Positions 23,266 through 36,720 are shown, counted from the first letter of the whole stretch. The stretch is DNA of 63,516 nt, filler included, from Rhabdomonas costata (GCA_019059605.1; 40 parts of 40 records of this genome joined end to end with filler, not necessarily neighbours in it), one strand, 5' to 3'. Notes: generated by a model not told the origin, from the letters alone. Numbers and translations are program-made.

Positions 23266-23733
23266 CTAAATAATAGCACTAACTTTTTCACCGTGTAAAT
23301 GAAATGAGATTAGAAACGCAAGGCTTCTTTGTCCACAATCTTTTTCAGCGAATGACTCATCACGGTTGGTGTTAGCATTGATGAATTTTTTCTTTGCAAA
23401 GAAAGGGCTAAGTTTATGAATGTCTCTATTATATGTATCATATCCATATAATTTGGGTTTATGGTCTTTGTTCTTAGAAGATTTTATAAAACTTATCCAG
23501 TGTTCACCTTCCTTTGCTTTTGAACTTTTATTATTGATTATAAACATCTGGCCATTTTTTGTGTATTTTGGGAATTTTTCAGCTGAATAAACACCCATAA
23601 ATAAATCGTTGCCAAATATTGCTTTACCAAGTCTGTTTAGTTCTATATTTGTTGTAGTTGCTGAATTATTTAAAACATCATCTATATACATCAAGTTTTT
23701 GTTGTATTCCTGTAGAATTTTGTATTTGTTCAT
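23266..23733 (-). CDS. Adenain-like (clan CE, C5-type) cysteine protease, putative virion maturation protease
   Basis: 155 aa with FMGVYSAEKFP, FIINNKSS..EGEHW (His), YDTYNR (Asp) and EKDCGQRSLAFL (Cys): motif order and spacing typical of adenovirus/Polinton/virophage proteases. Confidence 0.85.
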   Translation of the reverse strand: MNKYKILQEYNKNLMYIDDVLNNSATTTNIELNRLGKAIFGNDLFMGVYSAEKFPKYTKNGQMFIINNKSSKAKEGEHWISFIKSSKNKDHKPKLYGYDTYNRDIHKLSPFFAKKKFINANTNRDESFAEKDCGQRSLAFLISFHLHGEKVSAII

Positions 23734-24038
23734 TTATATACTATTAAATAAGATTTTAGATTANNNNNNNNNNNNNNNNNNNNNNNNNNNNNNNNNNNNN
23801 NNNNNNNTTAATTAATTAANNNNNNNNNNNNNNNNNNNNNNNNNNNNNNNNNNNNNNNNNNNNTGTGGGTGTGTTTGGTGTTTGGTGTATTTTTGAAAGG
23901 TCCAAATCCTGACTTTTTGGTGACACTCTCCCCTCTCACGTTTGAGTTGTCACGGACAAGAAGTGGTGTGTTGTTTCGTTTTATGCTGTCTCGGCATTCC
24001 AACCGAATTGGACACTCTCATACCACCCGTCCACACAG

Positions 24039-25323
24039 TCCTTCAAGGCTGGAGTGGCCGAAGCGCAGCGCAAGCTCAACAGTTGGAAGGACAAGTTCAA
24101 GATCGACCTCGAGGCGGACATCAAGGCTTTCGACAAGGTCTGCTCCGCCCAGCTTCTTCGTCGGCGTTAGGCGTTCAGCAGTCGATCTTGCATTCGATGA
24201 AGGCGGATCTTTAAAGCAGAACCTAAACATGAGCATCAAGTGGCATTTATTATATGCACGTCATGCTCAATTGTTCGGGCTGCCGATTCACTCGCATTCA
24301 CGGGCATCCCTGGGTGGCATGTAAAAAGTCTCGGTGCCATATAAATGAGATAAACATGATATGGATGCAATCACTTATTTTTCGTATCACTGTTTTTTTT
24401 CGATCATTAAAAACGTTTAGTGAATATATTTACCTCTTGTGAGCTCTGCTTACTTTCGGATGAGATGTCATGTGTACACGCCTCAATTTGGCGCAGGTAC
24501 CACACGCGTGTCCGTCGTCGTCCCTGGGCTTTCTATTCACCTTGGGGGGTGGGGTGGATAGAGCGCCTCGGCCCTTCGCGACGACTTCCTGGCCCGTGGC
24601 CCGTTCGACGCCAGCGTGGGCTGCGCAAAGGCCTTTGCGGTGATTGCCGATTACCGCGGCAAGCTAGGCTCGAAGCGTGAGAAGGAGAACGAGCTCCGCG
24701 CTGGCATGGAGATCTTCGGTATCGACAAGGTACCACCCCGCGCTAATTTCCTCTTGCCTGCAAAGTGGAAACTCACCGCCCTACAAGGGCATGCCTACAT
24801 TCGTACCGACAGCCGAAAGTTAAGTTGTAAGTTGTACCCAAGGGGTTCCAACGTTTCAATATTGTTCTTCGAAAACCTCAATTCCTCCCTCCCACCACAT
24901 CCGACCTGCCCACCTGCCGTGAATTCTGGAACAGCGCACACGGAATTTGTTAAATGAGTAAGTTTGGCAAACGTTAGCTTCAAGTCTGCTTTATTTTCTG
25001 CCTTGTCTGAAACCCGCTCTGGGCATCCGTCAAATCATTGGCTCTGGAATCTCGTTGCTGCGGTGGTATTCGAAAGTTGAGTTAACCACCTCCCATGTCT
25101 TCTCGCGGCGATCGCCCTTGAGTCAGTGAAACCCCGTGTGGTGGGATTTTCGCAGCCTCCGTACAAGGAGCTGCAGGAGCTTAGCCATGAGCTTGATCAG
25201 CTGGAGGCGATCTGGAAGCTCACGGAGAGCTGGGGCAGCAGCTGGGAGCGGTGGAAGACCAACCCCTTCAAGGACCTCAAGATCGATGAGATGAGTGAGA
25301 CCGTCACCACGATGCGCAGTGAG
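24039..25323 (+). CDS. DNAH2: Axonemal dynein heavy chain (DNAH2/inner-arm I1-beta-like), exons 24039-24137, 24562-24729, 25156-25323
   Basis: Three phase-0 GT-AG exons: ...LRDDFLARGPFDASVG...ENELRAGMEIFGIDK|PPYKELQELSHELDQLEAIWKLTESWGSSWERWKTNPFKDL, the tail region leading into the DHC_N2 domain. Confidence 0.85.
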
Positions 25324-27062
25324 GTCCTTGAAGGGGTTGGTCTTCCACCACCCCNNNNNNNNNNNNNNNNNNNNNNNNNNNNNNNNNNNNNNNNNNNNTT
25401 AATTAATTAANNNNNNNNNNNNNNNNNNNNNNNNNNNNNNNNNNNNNNNNNNNNAGGGGGCTTCCGCTGCACTGCTGCCGGGCCGAGAGCGGGAGAGAGG
25501 TGGTGGCTGTGGGTGGGCCCGTCACGGCTTCGCAGCCCTCGGGAGGGAACCGTGGCGTGGGGGAGCGCAGGGCTCGTCCTCGGGACCGAGAGCTGACCAT
25601 GGGGCTGTGTTTGAATGAATGAAAGCCGCTTGTTGTGCAACGCTTGCGTTTGGGTTAGGGTTAAGCAGTGCTGTTTATGCACCGAAAGCCCTTGAGAAGG
25701 AGGAAAGGGTGAAGGAGTATATGCGAGAAGGCGAAAAGCAGAAGGAGCGGTCGGGTGTTCGGATGGGGGGGGGCATCATCCGGTCAAGGAAGGATAAACA
25801 ATCAACGCTTTTCTGTGTTTCGGGGGGTCATTCATACTGGTTATAATTTTTGGTGGAAACTCATTGCTTGCTGGGATGTAGGGACGGGATTAATTTATCC
25901 GTGGAAGCCAGTCCGGAGCGGGCGGCTGACACAGGGACATGGCCTGCGAGGAAGGTTTCGACTCTGCTTGGCGATGCAGGTCAAAGCGAAGGCATGCGCA
26001 GTGAGAGGCATGCCGAACCCTCGTCAAGTCAGCAACCACACCGATATGTTCACAGTGTTCAAAAAAGAGAGACGCTCTGCCAAACAGCCGGGAATGCTAC
26101 CAAGGCAAAAGAGCGTCTCGGCTGATCTAACACCCATTGAAGCGCCATATTTCAGGATAACGCCGAGGAATGAACGTCGTTTTTAATAAGGTGTGAGAGA
26201 AAGAGAATAAGAACCGCAGAGAGATGTCTTTCTCTTTTACTTTTCTGCATGGAAGAACCTTTCATTGAGATGTTGACTCTTAACTGACGGCGCAGCTGGT
26301 GCACCATTGCCCCCACTCCACCACCATTCCGGGTGGGGCTACAGAAAGACCAGCTGAGCTGGGGGGGCGGGGTGCGCGGCCACAACCTGATAAACCGAAC
26401 GGAGGTGCTGCGCTTGCCAAGCGTGGGTAGGGCACCAATGTTAGGGCACGTAGGCGATTTCTGAGAGCATCAACCCAGAGGAAACGCAATGAGCTGGGTG
26501 AGAAGGGCAGCCACTGGGGCGGACGCTGTCAGGAACCGAAATCGGCTTCGCGGTTTCGAACACAGTGGTATGAAAGGACGAAGGCAACCCTTCTTCATAA
26601 GTAGCGTGAAGAAGGACCGGAGTCTCGACGAGTCGCGGGATTTCAGATGATGAGAAATGTACATCTCTCTCCCATAAATACGGAGACAGACACATAAAAA
26701 GACGCACGCATCCATGTGCGGTGTGGTTGATATCATGCACCATTGGGTGTGAATACGTCGGGAACCGCGAACCACGAGGCACGAGAAGAGACGCGACAAG
26801 ACTCACAGCTGGCTCAGGGAGGAGAGAGTACGCCTGGCTGAACACGCACACACACAGACACACACATACACTTTTTGTTCTAGTCCTTTCCGCGGGGAAG
26901 AGACCACGGATAATCACAACAAAGAAGGACACACACACACGTCGNNNNNNNNNNNNNNNNNNNNNNNNNNNNNNNNNNNNNNNNNNNNTTAATTAATTAA
27001 NNNNNNNNNNNNNNNNNNNNNNNNNNNNNNNNNNNNNNNNNNNNCATTCTTGCTGCTGTGTC

Positions 27063-27200
27063 TTGGGCGCTGTTCGCACGCAGGTGCACTTCATCTGTTC
27101 CTCACTCAAGCGAGGTGGGTTAGGCTCGAGCTCCAGTGGTTCTTCCTTGGATAAGTCCCACCTGGTTGCTGTGGAGTCATTCGCTTTGTGGAAGCCCTGG
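27063..27200 (+). pseudogene. Possible non-LTR retrotransposon remnant (post-RT GGLG motif)
   Basis: FICSSLKRGGLGSSS resembles the L.P...GGLG motif downstream of the RT. No other RT motif was seen. Confidence 0.2.
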
Positions 27201-29035
27201 GCTCCTCTTATCCTGTTGTTGTTGGCGTTACATGGTTGTCTCCCCCCCCCCCCAGTTCAGGTTGGCTTGCATCCCGTTGTTCTTGTGTTCTCCTCTTCCA
27301 GTTTTTTGGGCTTTTGTACATTTTAGTAGTGCAGTTCCCTTTCTATTTTGACCAAGACGTTCTTTTCAAACCATCCTTTTGCCCGCGCTCTGTCACTCTG
27401 CCATTCGGCTCCCCCCCCCCTCCTGACAGTAGTGCTGCTAGCTCCCTGGGACCTGCTTCACTCCTTCCCCTGACCATCTCTTTCTTCGTTTCTCACGCCG
27501 CCGCCTTGTGAAAACCACAACGCGAGCCTCTTCTGCCGTGTTCACTGCACTTCCTATCTCCTCCTGTGTGGAACTTCGAAATTTCCGCCATTGTGCCACG
27601 CCGCTCTTTGCAACTTCGCACCGTATGTACACCGACCCTGGTCGTGCGGGTGCGTTTCGACAGTTGTGAGTGACTGCATGTGCAGCCCGAACCTGCGACC
27701 CTTCAGGCTTTTGGGTGTGCTTGCGTACATTCCTCCTTTTGTAGGTCTAAAGTCCTCCCCATCTGTCGTCATCTGTCGTGTTTCCCCACCTCCGGACATG
27801 CGCCAACTTCGGCTTCACCGATTTTACCGTTGCCTAGGAAGGTAGATCCCTGGTACCGGAGTCAAATTTAGTGGAAGTAGACTGGTCGGGTGGGGCCAAA
27901 ACATGGTATAGTGGTATAGTGGTATAGTGGCATACATGAGTTGAGAGAACTGACATATCCAGGCCGAGAGTTGGCAGGGGCCTTTTCGGCCTTTTTGCCT
28001 TCACACGGGTTGGGAAGTTCCACATTTGTGACCTTTGCAGGGGTCTGCTTGTTGAGCATAAGCGGGATGCTTAGGGTGGAGTCTAAGAGATCGTGTGGGG
28101 CCACCGGCCAGAATGACAGGTTCATTAGATGACCTACAAGCTCGTTTCAGGTCGATTTTTTCCTTGCGCCTGACAAAAAGAGGAATGTTGCTTTGCACAC
28201 TAACAGCGCCCACATTGTGTCAACATCTGGTTGGTGTATGTATGTATGTGTGTGTGTCTTCTCGGTGTGTGAGGAGGTGGGTGCACTGTGCACGGAAGGG
28301 AGTCGCTGGTGCATTTCTTGTTCCCCTGTCCGCACCATCGGCAGTGCTCATCATTGCGTAATTTGTGTGTGTGTGCGGTCAGGCAGCGGGATAGAATACG
28401 CCCGCTGGAGGCAGGAAGACCTCTGTCAAAGCAATACCGTGTGCACGTTGTGAGGAAGAGGAGGAGGAGGAGGTTGCGGTAAATGTGAATATCAGAGAAT
28501 TGTTCAAGCGAAATGCCTCCCTTGCCCCCCAAAANNNNNNNNNNNNNNNNNNNNNNNNNNNNNNNNNNNNNNNNNNNNTTAATTAATTAANNNNNNNNNN
28601 NNNNNNNNNNNNNNNNNNNNNNNNNNNNNNNNNNTCTTTCGGTTTTGTTCTTTTTTGGCCATTCCTTTTCTGCGGTGTTTGCTCTTTCGAACAAGGAGCA
28701 AATGGGGGCGTCTTCAGTAGAAACAAAACCTGCATGACAATATTGTAGCAAAGCTTGACGTTCACTCCCAAGTATGTTGTTAGCAAATCGTCTCGGGCCT
28801 GGCGCCCCTAGTAGCCCTCGAAATTTTCTCGGACCTTTTCCCTCGAACACCTCGTCCCCGCGATGCGGTGCGACTCCTTCAGCTGTAGTTACCTTTTGAG
28901 CCTCAGAGACAGGTTATGCCAAGTGCAGCTGTTGTTCCTGCGCTCACCTCTAAAAGGAAACTGTGCCCCCACCCACCCATTACCACCTGGTTTACGGCAA
29001 GTTCTGGTCTCTGTTTGTTTTGTGTATGCGGTTAG

Positions 29036-29239
29036 TCGGGATGCCAGTGCTTCAATGACCCCGTCAACGGCTACTGGACGGGCGCGAGCTGCGGCAGCTG
29101 CGCCTCGGGCTACTTTGGGAGCACGCTGGCCCAACCCTGCACCTACAGCACGGCCTGCGGGAACCGGGGCACCTTCGACTCCTCCGGGCTGGGGTCCTGC
29201 GTGTGCAACCTGGGCTGGGGCGGGGTGACCTGTGGGGAG
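29036..29239 (+). CDS. EGF/laminin-EGF-like Cys-rich repeat exon of a surface protein
   Basis: SGCQCFNDPVNGYWTGASCGSCASGYFGSTLAQPCTYSTACGNRGTFDSSGLGSCVCNLGWGGVTCGE between a TAG acceptor and a GT donor. Confidence 0.85.
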
Positions 29240-30514
29240 GTGTGGACCGAGGCTCTCCCTCTTCCCACTTGCTGCTAAGCTTTCGGCCGTTATACTTTTT
29301 TTTTGCATTCCCAAAGGTAGAGCCCAGGAATACGTCTTGCTGGCTGGAGTGAGCCGGAATGCTTGGGCCATTTTAGGGTGTTTTTGGGCTCCTTTTGCCC
29401 TTACAAACGCTTGGAAGGACCGATTTTTTTTACGCTCGGTTCACCTGGGGCTTGTTTTTTATAAGAGAAAGAATATAGACTGGCACACCGTCCGCCCATC
29501 TGCACGCTGGTGTGCCAGCACTGATTCACACCTTATTTTCAATGGGTTTTTTAAACGGCAGTGTACTCCCATGACATACGCACGTAGAAGACACGTGCGT
29601 CGCTACCTAACGAGAAATGTATCTTGTCCTAGGGGATTGAGAGTTTATGTTCATCATCAGCAATTTCCAGGACATTGTAAAGCGACAACATTGAAAAAAG
29701 AAACACAAAATAGCGATGGGAGTACACCGCCGAAGTAAAGCATTTTAAACTTACTCACTTTTGACGTGTACTGAAGCAAAGCAAAACAAACCAGAGCCAG
29801 CAAACGTGTCCATCACCTTCACAGTATACTGCTTTCATCCCATGGCCGGAAATTGTGGGGGACCCCCCCCACACAAGTGGGGTCCTCACAACTGGGGTAG
29901 GCAGTTTTGGGCTTTTAGGGCACCCTGCGATTTCCTGGTATCTCTGCGAACGGCGGCAGTTGAGGTTAGTCGCTTTTCCACAGGCCCGCAGACGAGCAGG
30001 TTACCGAGCGCCTTCACGTATCACCCGATCCCTGCTAGAGGTGGGGGTTCAGGTCCCCCCCCCTGCACTGGTGCACTGGTGGTAAACTGCATTGTCATTG
30101 AGACTCCCGGTTCACATGATACTCNNNNNNNNNNNNNNNNNNNNNNNNNNNNNNNNNNNNNNNNNNNNTTAATTAATTAANNNNNNNNNNNNNNNNNNNN
30201 NNNNNNNNNNNNNNNNNNNNNNNNGGCAGTATTACGCGGAGCAGGAGTGCAATGAAGAAGGCTAACCGCACGCTCTTTGCGGGTTTTTGGGGAGTTCTTT
30301 GGCGGCTCCATGCTGCTGCAAGCCACCTGTGTTGGAGCCCGGAGCTTGGGCTGCTCGTGGGCCTCTCGAACTCCGCAGCAAGGGGTAATCACATTCGCTG
30401 GTGTGTCGTCGTGGTGTGCAGCGCGATGTTCGGACAGCATTCCGGCTTCTTGACGATGAGGGTTTTCCCCTGGTGTTTTCTTCCATCTGCCTTTATGTGA
30501 CTGACGCTGTGCAG

Positions 30515-31089
30515 ACATCGTTCTAATTGGGAACAACGACCAGACCTATGTGCTGAACTTCAGTGTGCCGGGGAAGGGCTGGCTGAGCGTTCTCAGCGAA
30601 CCCATCAACATCGGGCTGTGCCCCGAGGCCCGGAGCTACGCCGTCAGCCGCACCACAACCTGCCTGCCGTGCCCCGCGAATGCACTCTGCAATGGTATGG
30701 GGATTGTTTTTTAAGGTTGGGTCTTCGCATCTCAGAGATATCCCCTTCTTTCCGGTCACCATCATTCATGCCCTCGGTAATGGTATGCAAAAGGAAATGC
30801 TTCTGGGTGTCAAATCCATGATCAGTCCCGGGCAAATACATTTCGAAATTATGTGCTTGCGACAAACCTCTCATTTCTTCTTGTTATTGTCGTTTTTTTT
30901 ATTTGAATCTGAATATCAGCGAGCGTGTGGCGATGCGTCTGCGCACGTATGTTAACGGTAGGTTCCAGCACCCTCCTCGTGGGGAGGGATTACTGGAGGG
31001 GAAGCGAAGACAGCCTCACGTTGTACCCGTGCCAGAACATGGGCGTGTGCAACCCCAACGGACCCCGGACACTGACCGAGTGTCAGAAG
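30515..31089 (+). CDS. Cys-rich extracellular region of a protist membrane protein, exons 30515-30694 and 30962-31089
   Basis: ...CLPCPANALCN|GSSTLLVGRDYWRGSEDSLTLYPCQNMGVC... matches the C..CP..A.C.G......GYWR.......Y.C....C module; exon phases are compatible. Confidence 0.75.
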
Positions 31090-31874
31090 GTTACCCACAC
31101 ACACAGAGATATTCTCCAGTGACGAGGCGGTATCTCCTCCGCCTCCATGTCAATGCTGAAGTGACTCTGCCAGCGTGTCCTTTTGAGTTTTTTGGTGATC
31201 CGTCCTGCGTGGTTCTTCCAAATTATCACTCAAGCTGCTCAAGATGCGAAAGAAAAAACGAAACAACATAGGGCATGCCCACACAAACAGATGCCAACCC
31301 GCGGTGGTTCAGCACACAAAAAAACGAAGCAGCGTTGGCTGCCCCGCGCAAACCTTTGTGGCCCAATGTTGACATTCGAGGGGTAGCCGTTGCCTGCGGT
31401 GACAGAAAACTTATCCTAAATTTGTTCTTATTTTAACTAGCACAAGGTTAGGTGATGCAAGCACCGTCGAAATGACTTTATTTTGATGTAAGGGGGTTGG
31501 GTGACCTGTGCCAATATCCCATAGATGAGTATTTTTGATGTGCACATCAAGTCTGGTGTTGGCGAAGAATTAGATTATGGCCGGGATTTGGGCGGACAAG
31601 TAGGACAGCATTAGTTTAGGGTTCAAGACCAGCGACGCCGCGGCGGGCGGCAGAAGCCAGTCCGCGTCCCAACGGGAGCGGGCGGCTGGGGCACGCACAT
31701 AAACAACCCCCACNNNNNNNNNNNNNNNNNNNNNNNNNNNNNNNNNNNNNNNNNNNNTTAATTAATTAANNNNNNNNNNNNNNNNNNNNNNNNNNNNNNN
31801 NNNNNNNNNNNNNCCCCCCCCCCCCCCTTTTTTTTTTCGAATTGTCGGGCTTTTACGTTTATTATTTCCCAGTC

Positions 31875-32740
31875 ATGGCCACGTCACCATTTCGGGGAGC
31901 GGCCAGTTTCGGTGCAACCGCAACCTCTCCGCTGCTTCGGCCCTCCTTCACGTCCAGCTCCTGCTCCTCCTCCTCCAGCGGATGGCTGGCGGTGTGGGGC
32001 GAGGACTTGGGTGCCGAGGGAAACGGTGGTGCTAGTAGCAGTGGGTGGCTGGAGCTTCGGCTGCCAGGGAGCGCGGAGTGGACCCTGAAGTGGGTCGAGC
32101 TGGCAGGCAGCGTGCTCAGCTTTGCCTCGGCGGAGCCCCGGCCTGAGGCGGGTCAGCCCGAACTGCCCGAGCAGAGCTTCGCAATAGAGCAGGTAGGCGC
32201 TCCGCGGTAATTATGATAATCCCAAGTGTGGGATCCTGTGTCTGCGCTTTGTGGCCACCACGCCGTGTCATCCTGAAATCCGTCCTCCGCAAAAAGCGTA
32301 CCGTCCTTTCCTTTTCGGTCCACACAGTCCTCTGGACACTGGCCACAGACGCCGTTTGTCTGCATCGTTGCTCGTGATGATTGTATGATTCTAAGGAACG
32401 TAATTCCGGCTGGCTTCTGTGGGATGGACGTTCTCAGCGAACCTCCAACTAACAAGTGAGTATTTGTGTGTACGCACGTCTGTGTGTATGTCTGCTTTCT
32501 TCGTGCACGGCGTGAACTCCGAGAGCCCACACACGCCAACAGCTGCGAGGCAGTAAATCCATCAACATGCTCCTAAACAACTCCGCGAAAGGATGACCGA
32601 CGTCATCTTCGCCCTTCCCGTGTTATATACGGCCAGCCTTCTGTTCTTGTTGCAAAGGTGGTGGAGCTTCCTGGCGAGTCCAACGCTTTTGCCGTCCGAA
32701 GCCCCAGCGGGGAGACCTATGGCCTACGTGCCGCAAGCGG
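31875..32740 (+). CDS. PH-domain protein, N-terminal exons 31875-32192 and 32658-~32740
   Basis: SGWLELRLPGSAEWTLKWVELAGSVLSF (PH beta1-3) ... VVELPGESNAFAVRSPSGETYGLRAAS (beta6-7). Confidence 0.75.
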
Positions 32741-35700
32741 GTTTCTTTGCTGCCTCCCATCTCAGCCCTGTCCTTATCAACCAGTGATACTCGTGAACAT
32801 GCATAATACCAGAGTTCGACAATTCCGCATTTGTTTGGTATGTTTCCTGGAAACCGTGGGCTCACTCGCGGAGTACTTCGGGCAATTCTTTTCGTCTCAA
32901 ATTAAATGGACCGCCGCAAGCCTGGAAGGCCTGCAACGCAAAAGGTGGAGGGCATTGGAGATTGCATGCACACATTTGCTGTGTGCTATGCCTTTCTCAC
33001 TTCGGAATTTTGGTCTCCGCAAGAAAATGGTGATGCCCTCTCATCTGGGTTTTTGTTTCCTTCCCTCGCATCCCTATTCCATTCGTCCTCTGGTTTTCCA
33101 CCACCCGCTTTCCTCTCAGCTTGCTGATGCGGCACTGGCTGGAGAAGTTTGCCTTGGCTGCCCGTGAGGGGGGCGTGCCTTCTCTTCGGTGGCGGCGCCT
33201 CAGGTTCGCAATTGAATGTCCTTTTTGTCCTTTTGTCCCCTTTATGGGACGATTGTAAATTGGGGAGGGGGGGCTTTAAACGTTTAACGCCCCCAACACC
33301 ACANNNNNNNNNNNNNNNNNNNNNNNNNNNNNNNNNNNNNNNNNNNNTTAATTAATTAANNNNNNNNNNNNNNNNNNNNNNNNNNNNNNNNNNNNNNNNN
33401 NNNGCGGAGTACCATAGTGGAGGTCGACTCCCCGTTGCAGAAAGGTGGGGCAGTGGAAGGGCAGGCGCAGCAAGCTGAGGTCAGCCCTCTGGCTTATTAC
33501 CAAATCAGAGTTCTTCCTCTTGTCCTTCGGTTGTTTGCTTCGTGCCTCAGTCTCACATTAGCTTTGCCACAGTTGCCCGGTGCACAGCCACTGCCCGGTC
33601 TTTTTTTTTTAATCTCTCGGTTTGCCTTCGTTACTTCTGGGTTTAAGTTATCCATGTTTCGCTCTCTGCACAGTCTCCTTTTTTTTGCATGGTTGAAAAT
33701 TGTAGGCTGCCAAAACTGCCAGCTGGAGATGACGTGACACCATAATAGTGTCTTCAGTGCTCGTGGATTATGGTATCTCATCACACACACTCTTCACTGC
33801 GCTGACTCCACTGTTTCACGGGCAGGTAGAACGTAGTGCATCCTGTCGGGGCATCGGTCCGCATGCATTGCAAGGCAATTGTCTCGTGAGCCCGGTCTTG
33901 CGCCCTTTGTGAACGTTCGCTTAGAATAAATAAGAGAACGTGGTTGTGGCGTGGGAGCTATCTGTAACTCTGCACGCGCAAACAGTGTTCAAGTGTATTT
34001 CGTCTGGCGGCAGGTGAATGGCAGTGACTCCACCGGGGGTGTGGTCCCGGCACCCCCGGGCAAGCTGCCTGTTTCGTCCCCACCCGCTGGGATTGAGGCA
34101 GCACCCGAGGAACATTTGAAGAAGGTCTGTTGCAGGGCATTGGAGCGGATGAAGAGGGGATGGGCCCTGTGATCATGGCTCCTTCTGCACTGGGCAAAAC
34201 ACGGCGGCGAAGAACCACGCACAGGGACCGCCGGCCTAGACTCCAGGCTAAGGGAATCCAGTTTGTCTGCTTTTTCTTTGCACACAGCCGAATCTTCGCC
34301 ACGAATTGCTGAAGAACGCCTGCCATCTCCTCTGTCTATGCCTGTGCTACCTCCGCAATGGCAGGGTGTGTGTGGCTGTGGGTGCGGGTTTTGGTGTGGG
34401 TGTTGGGGGAGGTGAGAGGGCAGAGGGCAGAGGGCAGGGACGGCAACGAGAGTAGAAAGAGCTCAACAGGAAGTGGAAGTGATCAGAGCCAGGGGTCTGC
34501 GTCGATGAGAGAGGGGAAATTGTGGAATTCAGGGATGGGAGGAAATTTAGAGACAGGTAGCTTGACTTCTGTAGTACCGTTGACACCTCTATATGTGAAT
34601 GAGAGGACGGAACCCGCGCCTGCACTCTCGCTTCTTAAGCTATATGTTCTTTTTCTTTTTGTTTTGTGGTTTTTTCCATCTGCCTTTCCTCTGCGGAAAG
34701 CACTGTTTCCCCTTACCGTTCTTCCCTCTCTCTGTTTTGTACTGCTCTGTCGCTGCTGTAGTAAATTTTTCCACCCCTTCCTCATATCTCGAAGGGCGCA
34801 CCACACTGGCGCACACCTGAGGGCATTTTATCTCCCCTCTTTGCGCCTCACACTCCCTTTTGCCTGGCTGTGTGTTGTGCTCAGGTGGAGAAGNNNNNNN
34901 NNNNNNNNNNNNNNNNNNNNNNNNNNNNNNNNNNNNNTTAATTAATTAANNNNNNNNNNNNNNNNNNNNNNNNNNNNNNNNNNNNNNNNNNNNCCGCCTA
35001 TTCGCGCGGCGGATACGCGGACAGGGTCTGCTTGAAGCGCCCGGTGTCCAGAACGTAGTGCAGGTCCAGCACAACAGGAGAGCCAGATACCTAACCCAAA
35101 GAGCGTGACTTACTCCCGATGACCTTTTGGTGGGTCAACGGTTATTATGTTGATCTTTTGTTTTGCTGCTGACCTTTAGGTTTGACCTTACTTGAGGTGT
35201 GCCTAAAACTTCATTCAGTAGTACAAATCCAACATGTTCAAGAATTTCCCCCAATTCTGAGTAGCTAAAGAACGAGACGATTAAAAACCTCTTCGAACTA
35301 CTTACTCGCGCGGCGATGCACACGCGCCATGAGCGTGTATTGGGATCCGAAAAATTGGTTGGACCGAAGGGCGAACTCGACAACAGCGATGATGCTGTTG
35401 TACTTGGCATGGGCCGGAAGAGATTTTAACGACTAAACGTGGTCCACCATGTAATCCGCACACAAGGGACGCAGGCGACACAGGGGACAGAGGCAGCTGC
35501 CACAGAAAGCAAATTCCTCAATCTCCCTGAGCATGGCCGATAGTTCGTAGATAGAAACCAAGGTGAGAAATTGGGAGAGCCGAGAACCGACTGTAGAGGG
35601 GCCAGCAGTGCCTCCCCGGGGAAGTACGGAGAGGCAGTGGGCCGGAGCTGCGGGCTGGTGAGCGGCGACGGCGTTGGCCCGCTCCCTGCGAAAGTCAGTG

Positions 35701-35953
35701 CAGACCCCCACTCTCCCCCCAAAAAGAACTGTGAACACAAGCGGGGGCCTGAGCCTCTTCAGTGGTCAGAAAGCACCACCGCAAAGCTGAAAAGTACTGT
35801 ATCCGCTCCGTTGCCGGTCAAGACGGTGTCACCAATTTAGTCATTTGACACTGCTACAGTCCCACCCCTCCCCGAATCTAACGGAGCCCAGGGAAATATC
35901 GCTGTGGACACCGAGATTTCTCCCACTTAGGGCTGTTGGAAACCTTGGCAAGC

Positions 35954-35997
35954 GGAAAGGAAATAGGAAAGGAAATAGGAAATAGGAAATAGGAAAT
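35954..35997 (+). repeat. (GGAAATA/GGAAA)n short tandem repeat
   Basis: GGAAAGGAAATAGGAAAGGAAATAGGAAATAGGAAATAGGAAAT. Confidence 0.9.
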
Positions 35998-36720
35998 TTC
36001 CTGTGTGGGTGAAGGGTAAACGTGTCCATGGCGGTATAACCGCAAATTTAAGTCCGGGCTCGGGCGGGTGGGAGAGGGCCCCCAAAACATGAGGAATATA
36101 CACACCACTCTGGCTAAAGAAGAAACTGCGCACCTCCGCTGTGCCCGAGCTGTGCGCTGAGCTGCAGGACTTCCTGAGGGGACGCGCTGGACAGGTCCAC
36201 CCCTGATGCACGTAAGTGGAGTATGCGGAGGGAAGAGGAGAGGAAAGGGAAACATATTGCGGAATCAAACCAGCATTGGCAAGCAGAGAGAGAGAGATCC
36301 AGAAAAAGGGGTCTCACGCTCGGCACCCATGTCTGGTCTTCAGGTTCTGACTCAATCACGGCTGGGTGTGTGCGCGCATGCGTGGTATGCGAAAACATTG
36401 TCTTCTTCTTTGCTCGAGCTGGCGTTCACCAATCTAACCATTGCGTACTGCAAAGCGCTAAACGCAATAAAGCACAAACAAACNNNNNNNNNNNNNNNNN
36501 NNNNNNNNNNNNNNNNNNNNNNNNNNNTTAATTAATTAANNNNNNNNNNNNNNNNNNNNNNNNNNNNNNNNNNNNNNNNNNNNAAAGACGGGTCGAACCC
36601 CTCCCCTCCCCTGCGGCGCCACTTCCCGCGCTTCTCGTGAATGCTCTCTCTGGGAATTGGAGCCCTGTGAATTTTTGGGGAAGTGTGGTGCGGGGCATGC
36701 CAGCAAGGCAAGATAGGGCC

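Larger units (their letters stand above)
22276..23763 (-). mobile_element. Polinton-like virus / virophage-like (or other Bamfordvirae) DNA fragment
   Basis: Strongly AT-rich compared with every other contig. Intronless, tightly packed same-strand ORFs encoding an adenain-like protease and an A32-like P-loop ATPase. Confidence 0.75.

Noticed and set aside
27904-27930. (TGGTATAG)x3 and the tandem duplication at ~47211-47258
   Set aside because: Ordinary local slippage repeats without spacers.
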